From Candidatus Eiseniibacteriota bacterium (GTDB lineage: Bacteria > Eisenbacteria > RBG-16-71-46), in contig JBGAML010000001.1 of assembly GCA_044223005.1 (NCBI GenBank), forward strand, positions 192,001 through 256,000: a DNA stretch of 64,000 nucleotides, in the 5' to 3' direction. Shown here one piece after another: positions 27,619 to 42,089 of the stretch (its first letter is position 1; the number at the start of each line of letters is the position of its first letter). Position numbers and translations under genes: made by a program. The notes beneath the pieces are model-generated. The model was not told the origin of the DNA and did no database searches. It saw only the letters and a list, made by a program, of their open reading frames with translations.

Positions 27619-28467
27619 TCAGTGCTTCGGGGTGAACGCGGCGGTGAAGAACGCGTTGACGTCGAACCCCAGCCCCGCGCGCGCGCGCAGTCCGTCGGCG
27701 AGCGGCCCGCCATCGGTGTCCACGACGACGTCCGCGTACGCCCACAACACGCGCTGCACCGGGCGTGGCGCGGCCGGCGCGCGCGCGACCGGCTTGCCGG
27801 CGGGCGCGGGTGGAGCCGGAGGCGTCATGCCGATCAGCCGGCCCTGCAGCGAGACGTGCGCGTCCCAGCGCGAGAGGTTGGCGTCGTAGCCGAACGTGTC
27901 GTCGCGTCCCTTGCCGAACCCGATCGAGGAGCCGGCGAGCGCGCCGCTCGTGCGCACGAAGTCGAAGCGGAACTTCGAGTGCACGAGGAAGCCCTGGTCG
28001 TCGGTGCGGGTGAGCAGGTCGCCACCTTCCCAGCCGAGCCGTACGCCGACACCGCTGTTGCCCTTGAGGAACGCGTCGAGCGGCAGTTCCAGCGCGGCGC
28101 CGGCGGAGAAGTCGAGCACGCGGAAGCGCGCCACCTCCATGCCTTCGACCGCGGGCCCCAGGATGCGCGTCGAGGTGGCGAGCGCACCGGAGAGGTGCAG
28201 CGCCGGCTTGGGGCCCGTCTTGCCGACGGGCAAGTCGATCACGCGGAAGTCGAGCGCGACGCCGCCGTCGGGCGAGTTGCTGCTCGAGAGTCCCAGCGTG
28301 TCGGCGCCGAGCGAATGGAAGCGCTCGATGCCCCAGCCGCCCCATGCGGTGACGTCGAGGCGATCCGCTTCCTGCGCGTGGACGCACGCGGGAGCGAACG
28401 CGACGGCGAACGAAAACAACACGGCGAGCGGCGCCGCCCCTCGTGGGCGCGCGGGCGCTGGACGCAT
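27619..28467 (-). CDS. Secreted or outer-membrane hypothetical protein (amphipathic beta-strands)
   Basis: Signal peptide ending VHA; alternating hydrophobic pattern. Confidence 0.6.
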   Translation of the reverse strand: MRPAPARPRGAAPLAVLFSFAVAFAPACVHAQEADRLDVTAWGGWGIERFHSLGADTLGLSSSNSPDGGVALDFRVIDLPVGKTGPKPALHLSGALATSTRILGPAVEGMEVARFRVLDFSAGAALELPLDAFLKGNSGVGVRLGWEGGDLLTRTDDQGFLVHSKFRFDFVRTSGALAGSSIGFGKGRDDTFGYDANLSRWDAHVSLQGRLIGMTPPAPPAPAGKPVARAPAAPRPVQRVLWAYADVVVDTDGGPLADGLRARAGLGFDVNAFFTAAFTPKH

Positions 28468-28583
28468 GACCCCTCCGACCGCGGCCGCGGACGGTGGCGC
28501 CGCGCCGCACGATCCGGGGAGCCGGACGGCTCCCCGCCGGAGTCATCGGCCGGAGCGCGGCCCGGCTGCAGCGCCCCGCGCGC

Positions 28584-31500
28584 TCACTCGGCGAGCAGGT
28601 AGGCCAGGTCGTCGCGAGTCAGCGCACGTGCGAACGCGTCCTCGCCCAGCACGTCCTTCGCCAGCCGGGCTTTGCGCGCCTGCAGCTCGGCGATGCGCTC
28701 CTCGACCGTGCCCTCCGTATAGAGCCGGTACGCGACCACGGCCTTCGTCTGGCCGATTCGGTGCGTGCGGTCGATCGCCTGTGCTTCCACGGCCGGGTTC
28801 CACCACGGATCGAACAGCACCACGTGGCTCGCGGCGGTGAGGTTGAGGCCCGTGCCGCCGGCCTTGAGCGAGACGAGGAAGACGCAGGGATCCGGCCGCT
28901 CGGTGAACTCGGTCACGACCGCCTCGCGTTCGCGCGTCGGCGTCTCGCCCGTGAGCACGTGGTACGGGATGCGCGCCTCGGCGAGCCGCGTCTCGATCAG
29001 TTCGAGCGCGCGCACGAACTGCGAGAAGACGAGCACCTTCTGGCCCTCGGCGAGCAGCGGCTCCAGCAGTTCGAAGAGCGCCTCGAGCTTGCCCGAGCCC
29101 GCACCCATGTCGCCGGTCACCAGCGCGGGATGGCAGCAGATCTGGCGCAGCCGCGTCAGCACCGCGAGCACGACCACGCGCTGGCGGCCGAGCCCGGCGT
29201 CCTCGCCGGCCAGCGCGGTGCCGATCTCGCGGCGCGCGTTCACGAGCTCGGCGAGGTAGAGCTTGCGCTGGCTCGGCGTCATCTCGCAGTCGAGGCGCTC
29301 CTCGATGCGCGTGGGCAAGTCGCGCTCGACCTGCTCCTTGAGCCGCCGCAGCAGCACCGGGCGAAGGCGCGCCGAGAGCAGCCGCCGCGCGTACGGCGGC
29401 GCGTCGGCGCGGTCGTAGCGTTCCACGAACCGTGCGCGCGGCCCGAGCAGCCCGGGGCACGCGAACGCGAGGATGCTCCAGAGATCGAGCGCACGGTTCT
29501 CGAGCGGCGTGCCGGTGAGCGCGATCCGGTGCCGTGCCGGCAGGTCGCGCGCGGCACGCGCCGCGGCCGCGTCCGGATTCTTGATGTTCTGCGCCTCGTC
29601 GAGGATCGCCGCGCGCAATGGGATCTCGCGCCAGTGCGCGATGTCACGTCGCAGCAGCGCATAGTTGGTGACCACCAGGTCGTAGTGCTCGACCTCGCGC
29701 AACTGCGTGAGCCGTTCGCGGCCACTGCCCAGCACGAGCACGCGCAGGTGCGGCGTGAAGCGTGCCGACTCGCGCGCCCAGTTGTGCGCGACCGAAGCCG
29801 GGCACACCACGAGCGACGGACCGCCGGAGGGCTCGCGCTCGTGCAGCCACGCGAGCCAGGCGAGCGCCTGCACGGTCTTGCCCAGGCCCATGTCGTCCGC
29901 GAGCACCGCGCCCAGGCCGAGCGACGACGTCCACGCGAGAAAGTCGAGCCCCTCGCGCTGGTACGGGCGCAGCGTCGCCGTCAGCCCGGCCGGCACCGCG
30001 ACGCGCGGCACACCCTCGAACGCGGCGAGCGACTCGCGGATGCGCGCGAGCGCCGCGAGCGTCTCGCCATCCGCGCCGGCGCGCGCGAGCGTCTCGAAGC
30101 TCTCGGCCCGCGCCTGCGCGAGCTGCCAGAGCGGGAGGCGCTGCTCGCGGCCGTCGGCCTCGAGCCCGAGGTCCGCGAGCGCGGCGGCGACGGCGTCGTG
30201 GTCCTCCGCCATGTCGCGGCGGACCCAGCCACCCGAGAGCCGCACGAACGGCGCGCGCGCGTTGCGCAGCGCGGCGAGGTCCTCCTCGGTGAGCGTGAGC
30301 CCCTCGGACTCCCACTCCGCGCGCACGGAGAGCCAGTCGATGCCCGAGGCCACGACCGACATGCGCGTGCGCACTCGGCGCACGTCCGCGAACAGGTCGC
30401 GCGCCGCGCGGTTGCCGAACCACGCGACGGAGAGCGGGCGCGTGCGCCAATGCGCGTCGAGCTTCTCGGCGGTGCGCGCGGTGAGCCGCAGCCACCAGCC
30501 GGTCGCCGCGTCGGGCTCGGGCGGCGCGCCACCGGGGCCGCGCCGGTCGCCGCGCACGGCGCCGATCGCTTCGAGCCACTCGAGCGCGCCGGCGACGCGC
30601 GCCGGGTCCGGCACCTCGCGCCATGGGGAGGCTTCCGGCGCGTCGGGTGCGGCGCCCGGATCGCCCGCGGGGGCTTCCCCGTCGTCCGCCGGCACGTCCG
30701 CGGCTCCGGCGGGCGCGAGCGAAAGGTTCTCGCCGGGCGTCGGCGCGTCGCCGGCGAGCCGCACCCAGCCGTCCTGCGGCGTGTGCTCGAACAGGATCGC
30801 GTCCGCGGGTTGCGGCAGGCCCGGGCGCCACGGCGTCTCGCCCGCATGCGCGAACACGCGCACGTGCAGCCAGTCGCTCGGGCGCAGATCGAGCGAGATC
30901 ACGGGCCGCGCCGCGTGCGTGCGCGTGAGCGAGCGCACGACGTCGGCGACGCCCGAAAAGCGCGCGGCGAGCCGGTCGAGCAGCGGCGCGTCCTCGCGGC
31001 GCAGCGGCACGCCGTGCAACTCGGCGATCATGCGCACGATGTCCGCCGGTGGCTCCTCCGAGACGCGATGGAATGCGCCGTCCTGCAGCACCACCGTGGG
31101 GTGCGTCGTCGAGAGGCCCGGCGCCGGGCTCCAGCGCATCGCCGCGTCGAACGGGCGCACGTGACCCGCGGCGTCCGCGAGCGCGAGCCCGAGCCGCAGG
31201 TCCTCACCCTCGGCTCGGCAGTCGAGCACGACGCGCAGGTCCTCGCCGTCGAGGCGCGCGCGCGCACCGGGCTCGACGCCGGCACGCGCGGCGAGATCGC
31301 GCGGCAGCGTCTCGCTCCACGCGACGAACGGCGAACCGGCGGCGCGGTCCAGCAGCAGGTTCAGTTGCTCGTTGTCGAGCGGCTGCGGCGCCGTGCCCCG
31401 TGCGAAGACCCCCTGCATCTCGTGCGCGACGAGCATGCGCAGCAGCCGGGCCTGCGGCGGAGAGAGCACGCGCGGGTCGCGCCGCAACTCACCCATCAGC

Positions 31501-32621
31501 TGCAGCAGCTGCGAACTGGTCCGCGGCTCGTCCGTGTGGCGGCCGCCGGAGAGCCGCACCTGCACCGTCACCGACACGCCGGCCGTCACGGGATCGCGCT
31601 CGAGCCCGAGCACCACGCGCAGCTGCCGCGTCCGCGACGCGTCGGCGCGCGCCCAGTCGGCGAGCCGCTCGACCACGTGGCGGCGCGTGCTCTCGGTGGC
31701 GCGCGATTCCAGGTCCGGGCGCTCGAGCCACGGCTGCAGTGGCCGCGGGACCCGGCCGCCCGGCGACGCGGCCGCCGCGCGCGCGAGACGCCAGCAGCGC
31801 AGGTCGGGATCGGGCTCGTGCAGGACCTCCTCGAGATCGAGCGCCGCGATCGCATCGTGCGTGAAGCCCGCGCGCCAGAGCAGCGCCTCCGCCGCGCCGA
31901 GTCGCTGCCACGTGGTGGCCGAATCTCGGAGTGCCCGCACGCGCGGATCGACCCGCTCGCCCGGTGCGGGCGTGCGCCGTTCCAACGAGCGGGGCAGCGG
32001 CGGACGCGCGTCGCCCCGCCAGGCGCGCGGCAGGATCGTGACGAGCGACGAGGGCAGCTCGGTGCCGTCGATCACCGCGGCGCCGACCAGGCGCAGGCCG
32101 ACCGCGAACGCGTGCTTGCACAGCGGGCCGACCGGGCAGGAACAGACCGGCACGGGATGATCGGCGTCCAACCGCCAGCGCACGGCCCACGTCCGCGTGC
32201 CTCGCACGCGCGCGCGCACGTCGTCACCGTCGCGCTCCACGTCGTAGACGCGGTCGGCGAGCGCGTAGTCGGTGCCGCGCGACGCGGCGAGCGACGGGAA
32301 TGCGGCCAGCGACGCGGCGAGCGAGGCGAGCTGCGTCTCGGTCAGGGAGCGGGCGATGTCGTAGGGAAGTTCGCGCAAGTGCTCTCGAATCCGGTGGGAG
32401 GCGTCAGAGGGCGAATCGGCAAGGGTACGGCCGGCAACAGGGGGCGACAAGCGGCCGCCTCGGCGCGGAGATCGGACGCAAGGTCCGGGCCGCCCCGGAC
32501 GCGGATTCCGTGCGCCCTGCGACACCGCGATCGCCGCGGCCGGCCCGGTGCGGGGAGAGCGCCGCAGCCGCGATTCCCGCCAACGCGCGCCGTCGCCGGG
32601 TTCTGCGCGAGGTCGAGGCAT
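28584..32621 (-). CDS. SWIM zinc finger + SNF2-family helicase (start uncertain)
   Basis: [71 protein letters not shown]. Confidence 0.9.
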   Translation of the reverse strand: MPRPRAEPGDGARWRESRLRRSPRTGPAAAIAVSQGARNPRPGRPGPCVRSPRRGGRLSPPVAGRTLADSPSDASHRIREHLRELPYDIARSLTETQLASLAASLAAFPSLAASRGTDYALADRVYDVERDGDDVRARVRGTRTWAVRWRLDADHPVPVCSCPVGPLCKHAFAVGLRLVGAAVIDGTELPSSLVTILPRAWRGDARPPLPRSLERRTPAPGERVDPRVRALRDSATTWQRLGAAEALLWRAGFTHDAIAALDLEEVLHEPDPDLRCWRLARAAAASPGGRVPRPLQPWLERPDLESRATESTRRHVVERLADWARADASRTRQLRVVLGLERDPVTAGVSVTVQVRLSGGRHTDEPRTSSQLLQLMGELRRDPRVLSPPQARLLRMLVAHEMQGVFARGTAPQPLDNEQLNLLLDRAAGSPFVAWSETLPRDLAARAGVEPGARARLDGEDLRVVLDCRAEGEDLRLGLALADAAGHVRPFDAAMRWSPAPGLSTTHPTVVLQDGAFHRVSEEPPADIVRMIAELHGVPLRREDAPLLDRLAARFSGVADVVRSLTRTHAARPVISLDLRPSDWLHVRVFAHAGETPWRPGLPQPADAILFEHTPQDGWVRLAGDAPTPGENLSLAPAGAADVPADDGEAPAGDPGAAPDAPEASPWREVPDPARVAGALEWLEAIGAVRGDRRGPGGAPPEPDAATGWWLRLTARTAEKLDAHWRTRPLSVAWFGNRAARDLFADVRRVRTRMSVVASGIDWLSVRAEWESEGLTLTEEDLAALRNARAPFVRLSGGWVRRDMAEDHDAVAAALADLGLEADGREQRLPLWQLAQARAESFETLARAGADGETLAALARIRESLAAFEGVPRVAVPAGLTATLRPYQREGLDFLAWTSSLGLGAVLADDMGLGKTVQALAWLAWLHEREPSGGPSLVVCPASVAHNWARESARFTPHLRVLVLGSGRERLTQLREVEHYDLVVTNYALLRRDIAHWREIPLRAAILDEAQNIKNPDAAAARAARDLPARHRIALTGTPLENRALDLWSILAFACPGLLGPRARFVERYDRADAPPYARRLLSARLRPVLLRRLKEQVERDLPTRIEERLDCEMTPSQRKLYLAELVNARREIGTALAGEDAGLGRQRVVVLAVLTRLRQICCHPALVTGDMGAGSGKLEALFELLEPLLAEGQKVLVFSQFVRALELIETRLAEARIPYHVLTGETPTREREAVVTEFTERPDPCVFLVSLKAGGTGLNLTAASHVVLFDPWWNPAVEAQAIDRTHRIGQTKAVVAYRLYTEGTVEERIAELQARKARLAKDVLGEDAFARALTRDDLAYLLAE

Positions 32622-32744
32622 GACCGCCCGGCGGCGCACGCCCCGGACCTCCAGCGCGCACGAGGACCGTCGACACTCGGGAAGCGCGCCTCACCCTCGA
32701 AACGCGAACTGCGGCGCGTGACTCCGAACCTCCGAGGAGCGGAT

Positions 32745-35621
<2,877 letters not shown>

Positions 35622-35762
35622 ACGCCCCCGGCTCGCCGCGCGTCGCGCCCCGGTCCCGCGCCAACTCCCCTCTTCCCCTCCCGCGGCACGGGCGACTAGC
35701 CTGTATCCATCGACACTCCCCCCGCGGCCGCGCCGCGCGCCTCGAGTCTTCCGGAGGTTGCC

Positions 35763-37718
35763 GTGTCCCAGGATCTCTACGCCGTCAAGCCCGACATTCG
35801 CGAACGTGCCCACGTGAAGTCGATGTACGACTACGAGCAGATGTACAAGCGCTCGCTCGACGATCCGGTGGGCTTCTGGTCCGAGCAGGCGAAGGCGATC
35901 GAGTGGTTCCACCCGTGGACCACCGTGTTCGACGCCGACTACGACGAAGTGGACTTCTCGTGGTTCTCGGGCGGACGGCTCAACGCATGCTTCAATTGCG
36001 TCGACCGCCACTTGCCGACGCGCGGCGACCAGACCGCGATCATCTGGGCCGCCGACGAACCCGGCGTCTACAAGCACATCTCCTACCGCGAACTGAAGCA
36101 CAACGTCTGCCGGCTCGCGAACGTGCTGCTCGCGCACGGCGTCAAGAAGGGCGACCGCGTCTGCATCTACATGCCGATGATCCCCGAGACGGTGTACGCC
36201 ATGCTGGCGTGCGCGCGCATCGGCGCGGTGCACAGCGTGGTGTTCGGCGGGTTCTCGAGCGAGGCGCTGCGCGACCGAATCGTCGACGCGCGCTGCAAGG
36301 TGCTCATCACCGCCAACGAGGGCCTGCGCGGTGGCCGCAAGATCCCGCTCAAGCAGATCGCCGACCGCGCGGTCGAGGGCATGTCGCTGGTCGAGACCGT
36401 GCTCGTGGCACGGCGCACCGAGCACGACGTGCCCATGCAGCACGGGCGCGATCACTGGCTCGACGAGGAGATGAAGAAGCAGCGCTCGACCTGCACCAAC
36501 GCGTGGATGGGCGCCGAGGATCCGCTGTTCATCCTCTACACCTCGGGCAGCACCGGGAAGCCCAAGGGCCTCCTGCACACGACCGGCGGCTACATGGTCT
36601 ACGCCGCGATGACGCACAAGGTCGTGTTCGACTACCACGCCGGCGACATCTACTGCTGCGCCGCCGACGTGGGCTGGATCACGGGGCACAGCTACATCGT
36701 GTACGGCCCGCTGGCCAACGGCGCGACCACGGTGATGTTCGAGTCCACGCCCACGTACCCGGACGCGAGCCGCTACTGGCGCGTGGTGGACGACCTCGGG
36801 ATCAACATCTTCTACACCGCGCCCACCGCGCTGCGCGCGATCGCGCAGGCCGGCGACGAGCCCGTGAAGCGCCACAAGCGCACCTCGCTGCGGATCCTCG
36901 GCTCCGTCGGCGAGCCCATCAACCCCGAGATCTGGCGCTGGTACCACGACGTGGTCGGCGACGGACGTTGTGCGGTCGTGGATACGTGGTGGCAGACCGA
37001 GACGGGCGGCATCCTGATCACGCCGCTGCCCGGCGTGACGCCGACCAAGCCCGGCAGCGCGACGCTGCCGTTCTTCGGCGTGAAGCCGCTGGTCGTGAAT
37101 CCCGAGACCGCCGAGATCCTCGAGGGCAACGGCGTCTCCGGCGCGCTCTGCCTGGCGGCGCCGTGGCCGGGCCAGGCGCGCACCGTGTGGGGCGACCACC
37201 AGCGCTTCAAGGAAACGTACTTCACGCAATACAAGGGCTTCTACTTCACCGGCGACGGCTGCCGGCGCGACGAGGACGGCTACTACTGGATCACCGGCCG
37301 CATCGACGACGTGCTCAACGTCTCGGGCCACCGGCTCGGCACCGCCGAGGTCGAGAGCGCGCTGGTCGCGCATGAGGCCGTCGCCGAGGCCGCCGTGGTC
37401 GGCTACCCGCACGCGATCAAGGGCCAGGGCATCTACGCCTACGTGCTCGTCAACGCCGAGTTCGCAGGCACCCCGCGCGAGCAGCTGGAGGGCGGGCTCA
37501 AGGAGCAGGTGCGGCACGCGATCGGCGGCTTCGCCGCGCCGGACGTGATCCACATCGCGCCCGGGCTGCCCAAGACGCGCAGCGGAAAGATCATGCGCCG
37601 CATCCTGCGCAAGATCGCCGCGGGCGAGTACGACGGCCTCGGCGACGTGACGACGCTCGCCGAGCCCGAGGTGGTGGACAAGCTGATCGAGCAGCACCGC
37701 CGCGACCACGCAGTCTAG
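35763..37718 (+). CDS. acs: Acetyl-CoA synthetase (AMP-forming)
   Basis: [38 protein letters not shown]. Confidence 0.97.
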   Translation: MSQDLYAVKPDIRERAHVKSMYDYEQMYKRSLDDPVGFWSEQAKAIEWFHPWTTVFDADYDEVDFSWFSGGRLNACFNCVDRHLPTRGDQTAIIWAADEPGVYKHISYRELKHNVCRLANVLLAHGVKKGDRVCIYMPMIPETVYAMLACARIGAVHSVVFGGFSSEALRDRIVDARCKVLITANEGLRGGRKIPLKQIADRAVEGMSLVETVLVARRTEHDVPMQHGRDHWLDEEMKKQRSTCTNAWMGAEDPLFILYTSGSTGKPKGLLHTTGGYMVYAAMTHKVVFDYHAGDIYCCAADVGWITGHSYIVYGPLANGATTVMFESTPTYPDASRYWRVVDDLGINIFYTAPTALRAIAQAGDEPVKRHKRTSLRILGSVGEPINPEIWRWYHDVVGDGRCAVVDTWWQTETGGILITPLPGVTPTKPGSATLPFFGVKPLVVNPETAEILEGNGVSGALCLAAPWPGQARTVWGDHQRFKETYFTQYKGFYFTGDGCRRDEDGYYWITGRIDDVLNVSGHRLGTAEVESALVAHEAVAEAAVVGYPHAIKGQGIYAYVLVNAEFAGTPREQLEGGLKEQVRHAIGGFAAPDVIHIAPGLPKTRSGKIMRRILRKIAAGEYDGLGDVTTLAEPEVVDKLIEQHRRDHAV

Positions 37719-37737
37719 CGCTCGTACGCGAAACGCG

Positions 37738-37771
37738 AGAGGCCCGGGCGATTCCGATCGCCCGGGCCTCT
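37738..37771 (+). terminator. Terminator hairpin after acs
   Basis: agaggcccgggcgat-tccg-atcgcccgggcctct followed by tgtt. Confidence 0.75.
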
Positions 37772-37791
37772 TGTTGCGTACATGGGGCGTC

Positions 37792-38235
37792 CTACGGGAT
37801 CTCGGGCTCCACCAGCTTTGCCAGCATCACGAGCGATTCCTGCCAGCCCAAGTAGCACATCTCGGCCGGGATCATCTCCGGGATGCCTTCCTGCACGGCC
37901 GTGATCTCGGTGCCGCACGAGACGGCCTTCAGCTCGATCGTCGTCGTCATGACCCCCGGCAGGTTCGGATCGTCGAACTTGTCGGTGTAGACGAGCCGCT
38001 GGCCCGGAACGACTTCGAGATACTCGCCCCCGAAGGAGTGGCCATGGCCGGTCGAGAAGTTCACGAACGTCATCCGGAACTTGCCGCCCGTGCACACGTC
38101 GAGTTCGTGGACCTTGCAGAGAAATCCATATGGCGGGAGCCAGCGAGCGATGGCATCGGCATCCGTGAACGCACGAAAGACTTTCTCGGGCTTCGCGCGC
38201 AGGACGCGGTGAAGACGAACGGTTCCGGTGGGCAC
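37792..38235 (-). CDS. SRPBCC/AHSA1-family protein
   Basis: VRLHRVLRAKPEKVFRAF, WLPPYGF, YTDKFDDPNLPG, CYLGWQESL. Confidence 0.9.
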   Translation of the reverse strand: MPTGTVRLHRVLRAKPEKVFRAFTDADAIARWLPPYGFLCKVHELDVCTGGKFRMTFVNFSTGHGHSFGGEYLEVVPGQRLVYTDKFDDPNLPGVMTTTIELKAVSCGTEITAVQEGIPEMIPAEMCYLGWQESLVMLAKLVEPEIP

Positions 38236-38323
38236 GAGTGGGGCCGCCTTTCGGGATGGAGTGAAACGCGGGGATGGCGCGGCCGGGAACGATAGCGCGT
38301 CCCGCGGCCCGACGCCCGCGCGA

Positions 38324-38509
38324 TCAGCCGCGATCGGACTCGCGTTTTCGCTCGCGGGCCGCGTCGAGCTCGCGAACGAGCCGGTGCATCTCCTCGAGCC
38401 ACGCGAGCCGCTCGTCGATGGAGAGTTGCGCGAAGCGCCGGCGCTGGGCGCGCTCGTGCCCGTCCCAGCCGTCTTCCCAGAGGCGGCCATCGTCGCGGGG
38501 TCCGTTCAC
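38324..38509 (-). CDS. Small charged helical protein (61 aa), partner of the nucleotidyltransferase
   Basis: GTGA overlap; ...GWDGHERAQRRRFAQLSIDERLAWLEE... Confidence 0.6.
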   Translation of the reverse strand: MNGPRDDGRLWEDGWDGHERAQRRRFAQLSIDERLAWLEEMHRLVRELDAARERKRESDRG

Positions 38510-39009
38510 GGCGCGTCCTTCCGCAACGACTCGAGACCCTCGACGTCCGCGAGATCGCGCGGCCGGCCGGCCCGCCGCTTCATGGCGATCAGGTCGTCGA
38601 GCGACACGAACGCGAGCGGCACGCCCGCTTCGGTCGTGAGCACGAACGCGCGCGCGTGCGCGGCGTCGAACTCGAAGGGCGGCTCGAGGAAGAGGGAGAT
38701 TTCCGTGGTGGGATGCTGCGCGCTCGCGAGCGAGAACACGCTCATGTGCTTCTCGCGCGCCCACTCGGCGCGCTTCGCGGCATCGGCGTCTTCGGCGAAC
38801 GCGACCGGTGCGCGCGGAACGTAACCCAGTGCCTCCAACGCGCCGACGGCGCGGGCGAGCGCACCCGGGTCCGGATCGAGCACGAGGTCCAGGTCGTAGG
38901 TCACACGTCCGAACCCGTGCGCCACGACGGCAAGGCCGCCCGCGAACAGGTAGCGAACGCGGGCATTCTCCAGCGCTCGAACCACGGCTTCGATGCTGCG
39001 GCGTTCCAC
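38506..39009 (-). CDS. Nucleotidyltransferase (Pol-beta superfamily, DUF6036/AbiEii-like)
   Basis: GGLAVVAHGFGRVTYDLD motif and C-terminal LIAMKRRAGRPRDLAD. Confidence 0.8.
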   Translation of the reverse strand: MERRSIEAVVRALENARVRYLFAGGLAVVAHGFGRVTYDLDLVLDPDPGALARAVGALEALGYVPRAPVAFAEDADAAKRAEWAREKHMSVFSLASAQHPTTEISLFLEPPFEFDAAHARAFVLTTEAGVPLAFVSLDDLIAMKRRAGRPRDLADVEGLESLRKDAP

Positions 39010-39303
39010 GTCGAATCGTCCTCGGGTCACGGCGAAGCGCTTCGCGGGGGCGTTCACGCGGGGGCGATGCGGGAACATGATGCGTCGGCCGGGCGCGGCG
39101 CGGCAAGCGTGGGCAAGCGGAGAGCCGCGGCGCAGCGGCACCGCCCGCATCGCTCGCCCTCGTGACGCGGCAGCACGCTTTTCGCGCTCCGGGCGACCTC
39201 GACGTGTGCGACAATCCGTCCCGGGTCGCGGCACGTCCTCCCGCCCCGCCTGGCGCCGGCCCCTCCGCGCGCCGATTCGGGCCCATTGGTCCGGGAGGAC
39301 CTC

Positions 39304-42024
39304 ATGCCGTTCTCGCGCACGCGCCCGCACGCGACCGCGCTCCCCCCGCATCGCGACGTTCTTCTCCTCGTCCTCGTCGTGTCGCTCGCCTTCGCCACCG
39401 TTGCACGTGCCCAGGTGGCGGACCCCGACTTCTGGGTCACCGATGGCAAGGTCAGCGCCTCGGTCCTGCTCGGCGACACGCTCTACGTGGGCGGCGGGTT
39501 CCAGTACGTCGGTCCCTGGACGGGCGGCTTCGGCCGCATCGATCGCATCCGGGGAGACGTGCTCGCGGGCTCCCCTCGCGTCGAGGGCACCGTGAACGCC
39601 GCGCTCCCCGACGGCGCGGGCGGCTGGTACATCGGCGGCTCGTTCCAGAAGGTCTCGGGCGTCCCGCGCGCCAATGCCGCGCACATCCTCGCCGACGGCA
39701 CGCTCGACGCGTGGAACCCGGCGCCGAACGGTGTCGTGAACGCGCTCGTGCGCCACGGCGGTTCGATCGTCGCGGGCGGGACGTTCCTGTCGATCGGCGG
39801 GCAGGTGCGCAACAACCTCGGCGAGGTGGACGCGGTGACCGGGCTCGCGACCTCCTGGGCACCCGCGGCCAACGGCCAGGTGCGCGCGCTCGCGCTCGCG
39901 GGTTCGACGCTCTACGTGGGCGGCTCCTTCACGTCGATCGGCGGACTCGCGCGAAACTACCTCGCCTCGTTCGATCTCGGCACCCACACGATCGACGCGT
40001 GGGCACCGCAGCCGGATGCGTACGTGCAGGTCCTGCTGCTCGCGAACGGGCACCTCTACGTCGCGGGCAACTTCTCGAACATCGGCGGCCAGGCGCGCGG
40101 AACGGTCGCGGCGCTGGATCCCGCCACGGGGCTCGCCACCGCGTGGCACCCGATCGTCGGCGGGTTCGTCTACGCCCTGGCCGCAAGGGACACCGTCGTC
40201 TACATCGGCGGCAACGTCTACATGGTCGGTGGGCAGTCCCGGAACTACCTCGGGGCCGTCGGGGCCACGAGCGGCACGGCCACCGCCTGGGATCCCGCGC
40301 CCAACGGCATCGTGTGGTCGCTGCTTGCGGTTCCCGCGGGTCTCGTCGCCGGCGGGGCGTTCAACGGGATCGGCGGGCGGGCCGTGGGACACGTCGCGCT
40401 GCTGAACACGCTCACGGGAACCGCCGCGTCCGGGAGCCCGCACACGGACAACGTGGTCAGCACGCTCGTGTCGGCCGGCGACACGCTGTGCATCGCGGGG
40501 AGCTTCACGAGCTTCGGCATGAAGCCGCGCAGCAACCTCGCGGCGATCGATCTCGCGACCGGCGCGGCCACGGACTGGAACCCCGGCGCGAACAGCCCGG
40601 TCAACGTGATGCTCGCGGACCGCGGCGCGCTGTGGGTCGGCGGTGCGTTCACCTACGTGGGCGGCCAGTTTCGCAATCGGATCGCGCTGCTGGATCCGCT
40701 CACCGGCGCGGCGCGCGCCGCGAATCCCGGCGCGGACAACAACCTCCTCGCACTGGCGTCGGACGGCGTGCGCCTGTACGCGGGCGGCCAGTTCACGCAG
40801 TTCGGCGGGCAGTCGCGCGCCCACCTCGCGTCGCTCGACCTCGCGACGGGCGCGACGACCGCATGGAACCCCAACGCGAACTCGGCCGTCTACTCGCTCG
40901 CGCTTTCCGGCGCCACGATCTACGCCGGCGGCGTCTTCGGCACGATCGGGGCGCTGACGCGTGCGAACGTGGCCGCGATCGATTCGTCGACGGGGCTCGC
41001 GACAGCGTGGAACCCGCAGGTCTACGGCGTCGTCTACGGGCTCGCCACGCTCGGGGACCGCGTGTTCCTGGGCGGCAGCTTCCGCCAGATCGGCGGCGTG
41101 CTGCGCGACCACGTCGCCGCGCTCGACGCCGTCTCCGGCATGACCACGCCGCTGGACCCGGCGGCGAACGGCGACGTCTACCTGCTGGTGCCGCGCGACA
41201 CGACGCTCTGGGTCGGCGGCTACTTCGGCAACGTCGGCAACGCCCCGCGAGCCTACGTGGGCCAAATCGACACGACGAGTTCGTTCGCCACCTCGTGGCG
41301 CGCCGACGCGGACCTGCGCGTCGCGACGCTCCAGTTCCGCGATCCGGTGATGTACGCCGGCGGCGAGTTCTCGGTCATCGCGGGGCGGCAGCGGCGCGGA
41401 CTCGCGCGGCTCTATCCGGGCCCAGTCGCGGCTCCGGCCGTCGCCGTGCTCTCGCCCAACGGTGGCGAACTCGTCGCGCTCGGATCCGTCCGGCAGATCC
41501 GTTGGACCGCGTCCATTCCCGCACCGGGCGTGCAGTCGGTCGACGTCTACGTTTCGCGCGCCGGTCCCGCGGGGCCGTGGGAGCTGGTGGTCGCGGGCTC
41601 GCCCAACTCGGGCCACGCGAACTGGAGCGTCGGCGGTACCGCGAGCGCGAACGCGTACGTGCGCGTCGACGCGCGCGACTGGACCGGCGCGATCGGCTCG
41701 GACCTGAGCGACGGCCCGTTCACGATCGCGGCCGCGCCGCTCGGGGCCGTGCCCGCGACGCCCGCGCTCGCGCTCTCGGGCGTCGCGCCCAACCCGCTCG
41801 CGGGCCCGGGGCGTGTCGCCTACGCGCTGCCGCGCCGCGCGGAGGTCCGGCTGGCACTGCTCGACCTCCAGGGACGGCTCGTGCGCACTCTGGAGCGCGG
41901 CGAGCGCGACGCGGGCCCGCACGAAGTCCCGCTCGACGCGGCCCGCCTCGCGCCGGGACTCTACGTGGTGCGCCTGCAAGCGGAGGGCGCGGACCTGAGA
42001 CGCAAGATCGTGATCGTTCACTGA
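39304..42024 (+). CDS. Secreted repeat (double beta-propeller) protein with Ig-like and T9SS-CTD-like C-terminal domains
   Basis: SD GGAGGA, signal peptide, 14 repeats of ~55 aa (LYVGG.F..IGG..R..LA..D..TG....WNP), then SPNGGE Ig domain and APNP...GLY CTD. Confidence 0.85.
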   Translation: MPFSRTRPHATALPPHRDVLLLVLVVSLAFATVARAQVADPDFWVTDGKVSASVLLGDTLYVGGGFQYVGPWTGGFGRIDRIRGDVLAGSPRVEGTVNAALPDGAGGWYIGGSFQKVSGVPRANAAHILADGTLDAWNPAPNGVVNALVRHGGSIVAGGTFLSIGGQVRNNLGEVDAVTGLATSWAPAANGQVRALALAGSTLYVGGSFTSIGGLARNYLASFDLGTHTIDAWAPQPDAYVQVLLLANGHLYVAGNFSNIGGQARGTVAALDPATGLATAWHPIVGGFVYALAARDTVVYIGGNVYMVGGQSRNYLGAVGATSGTATAWDPAPNGIVWSLLAVPAGLVAGGAFNGIGGRAVGHVALLNTLTGTAASGSPHTDNVVSTLVSAGDTLCIAGSFTSFGMKPRSNLAAIDLATGAATDWNPGANSPVNVMLADRGALWVGGAFTYVGGQFRNRIALLDPLTGAARAANPGADNNLLALASDGVRLYAGGQFTQFGGQSRAHLASLDLATGATTAWNPNANSAVYSLALSGATIYAGGVFGTIGALTRANVAAIDSSTGLATAWNPQVYGVVYGLATLGDRVFLGGSFRQIGGVLRDHVAALDAVSGMTTPLDPAANGDVYLLVPRDTTLWVGGYFGNVGNAPRAYVGQIDTTSSFATSWRADADLRVATLQFRDPVMYAGGEFSVIAGRQRRGLARLYPGPVAAPAVAVLSPNGGELVALGSVRQIRWTASIPAPGVQSVDVYVSRAGPAGPWELVVAGSPNSGHANWSVGGTASANAYVRVDARDWTGAIGSDLSDGPFTIAAAPLGAVPATPALALSGVAPNPLAGPGRVAYALPRRAEVRLALLDLQGRLVRTLERGERDAGPHEVPLDAARLAPGLYVVRLQAEGADLRRKIVIVH

Positions 42025-42089
42025 AATGCCGGATCCTCGCGGGGCCCGTGCGCTTGCGGCCCTCGGGCTCCGCGCCGACAATGCCCTCC

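Noticed and set aside
28584..32621. SNF2 helicase as part of an anti-phage system (DISARM/Zorya-like)
   Set aside because: Stand-alone SWIM-SNF2 with no methylase, nuclease or other defence genes nearby.
28494..32744. 5' two-thirds of the 2375-aa plus-strand ORF
   Set aside because: It is the antisense shadow of the SNF2 gene running in frame into the real PAS kinase; only 32745 onward looks like protein.
39450..41420. Periodic DNA similarity suggesting a CRISPR array or tandem repeat
   Set aside because: Degenerate in-frame protein repeats, not identical repeats with unique spacers; no cas genes.
38506..42081. 1191-aa ORF ending in the nucleotidyltransferase
   Set aside because: The upstream part is antisense to the propeller gene; the NTase begins at about 39009.
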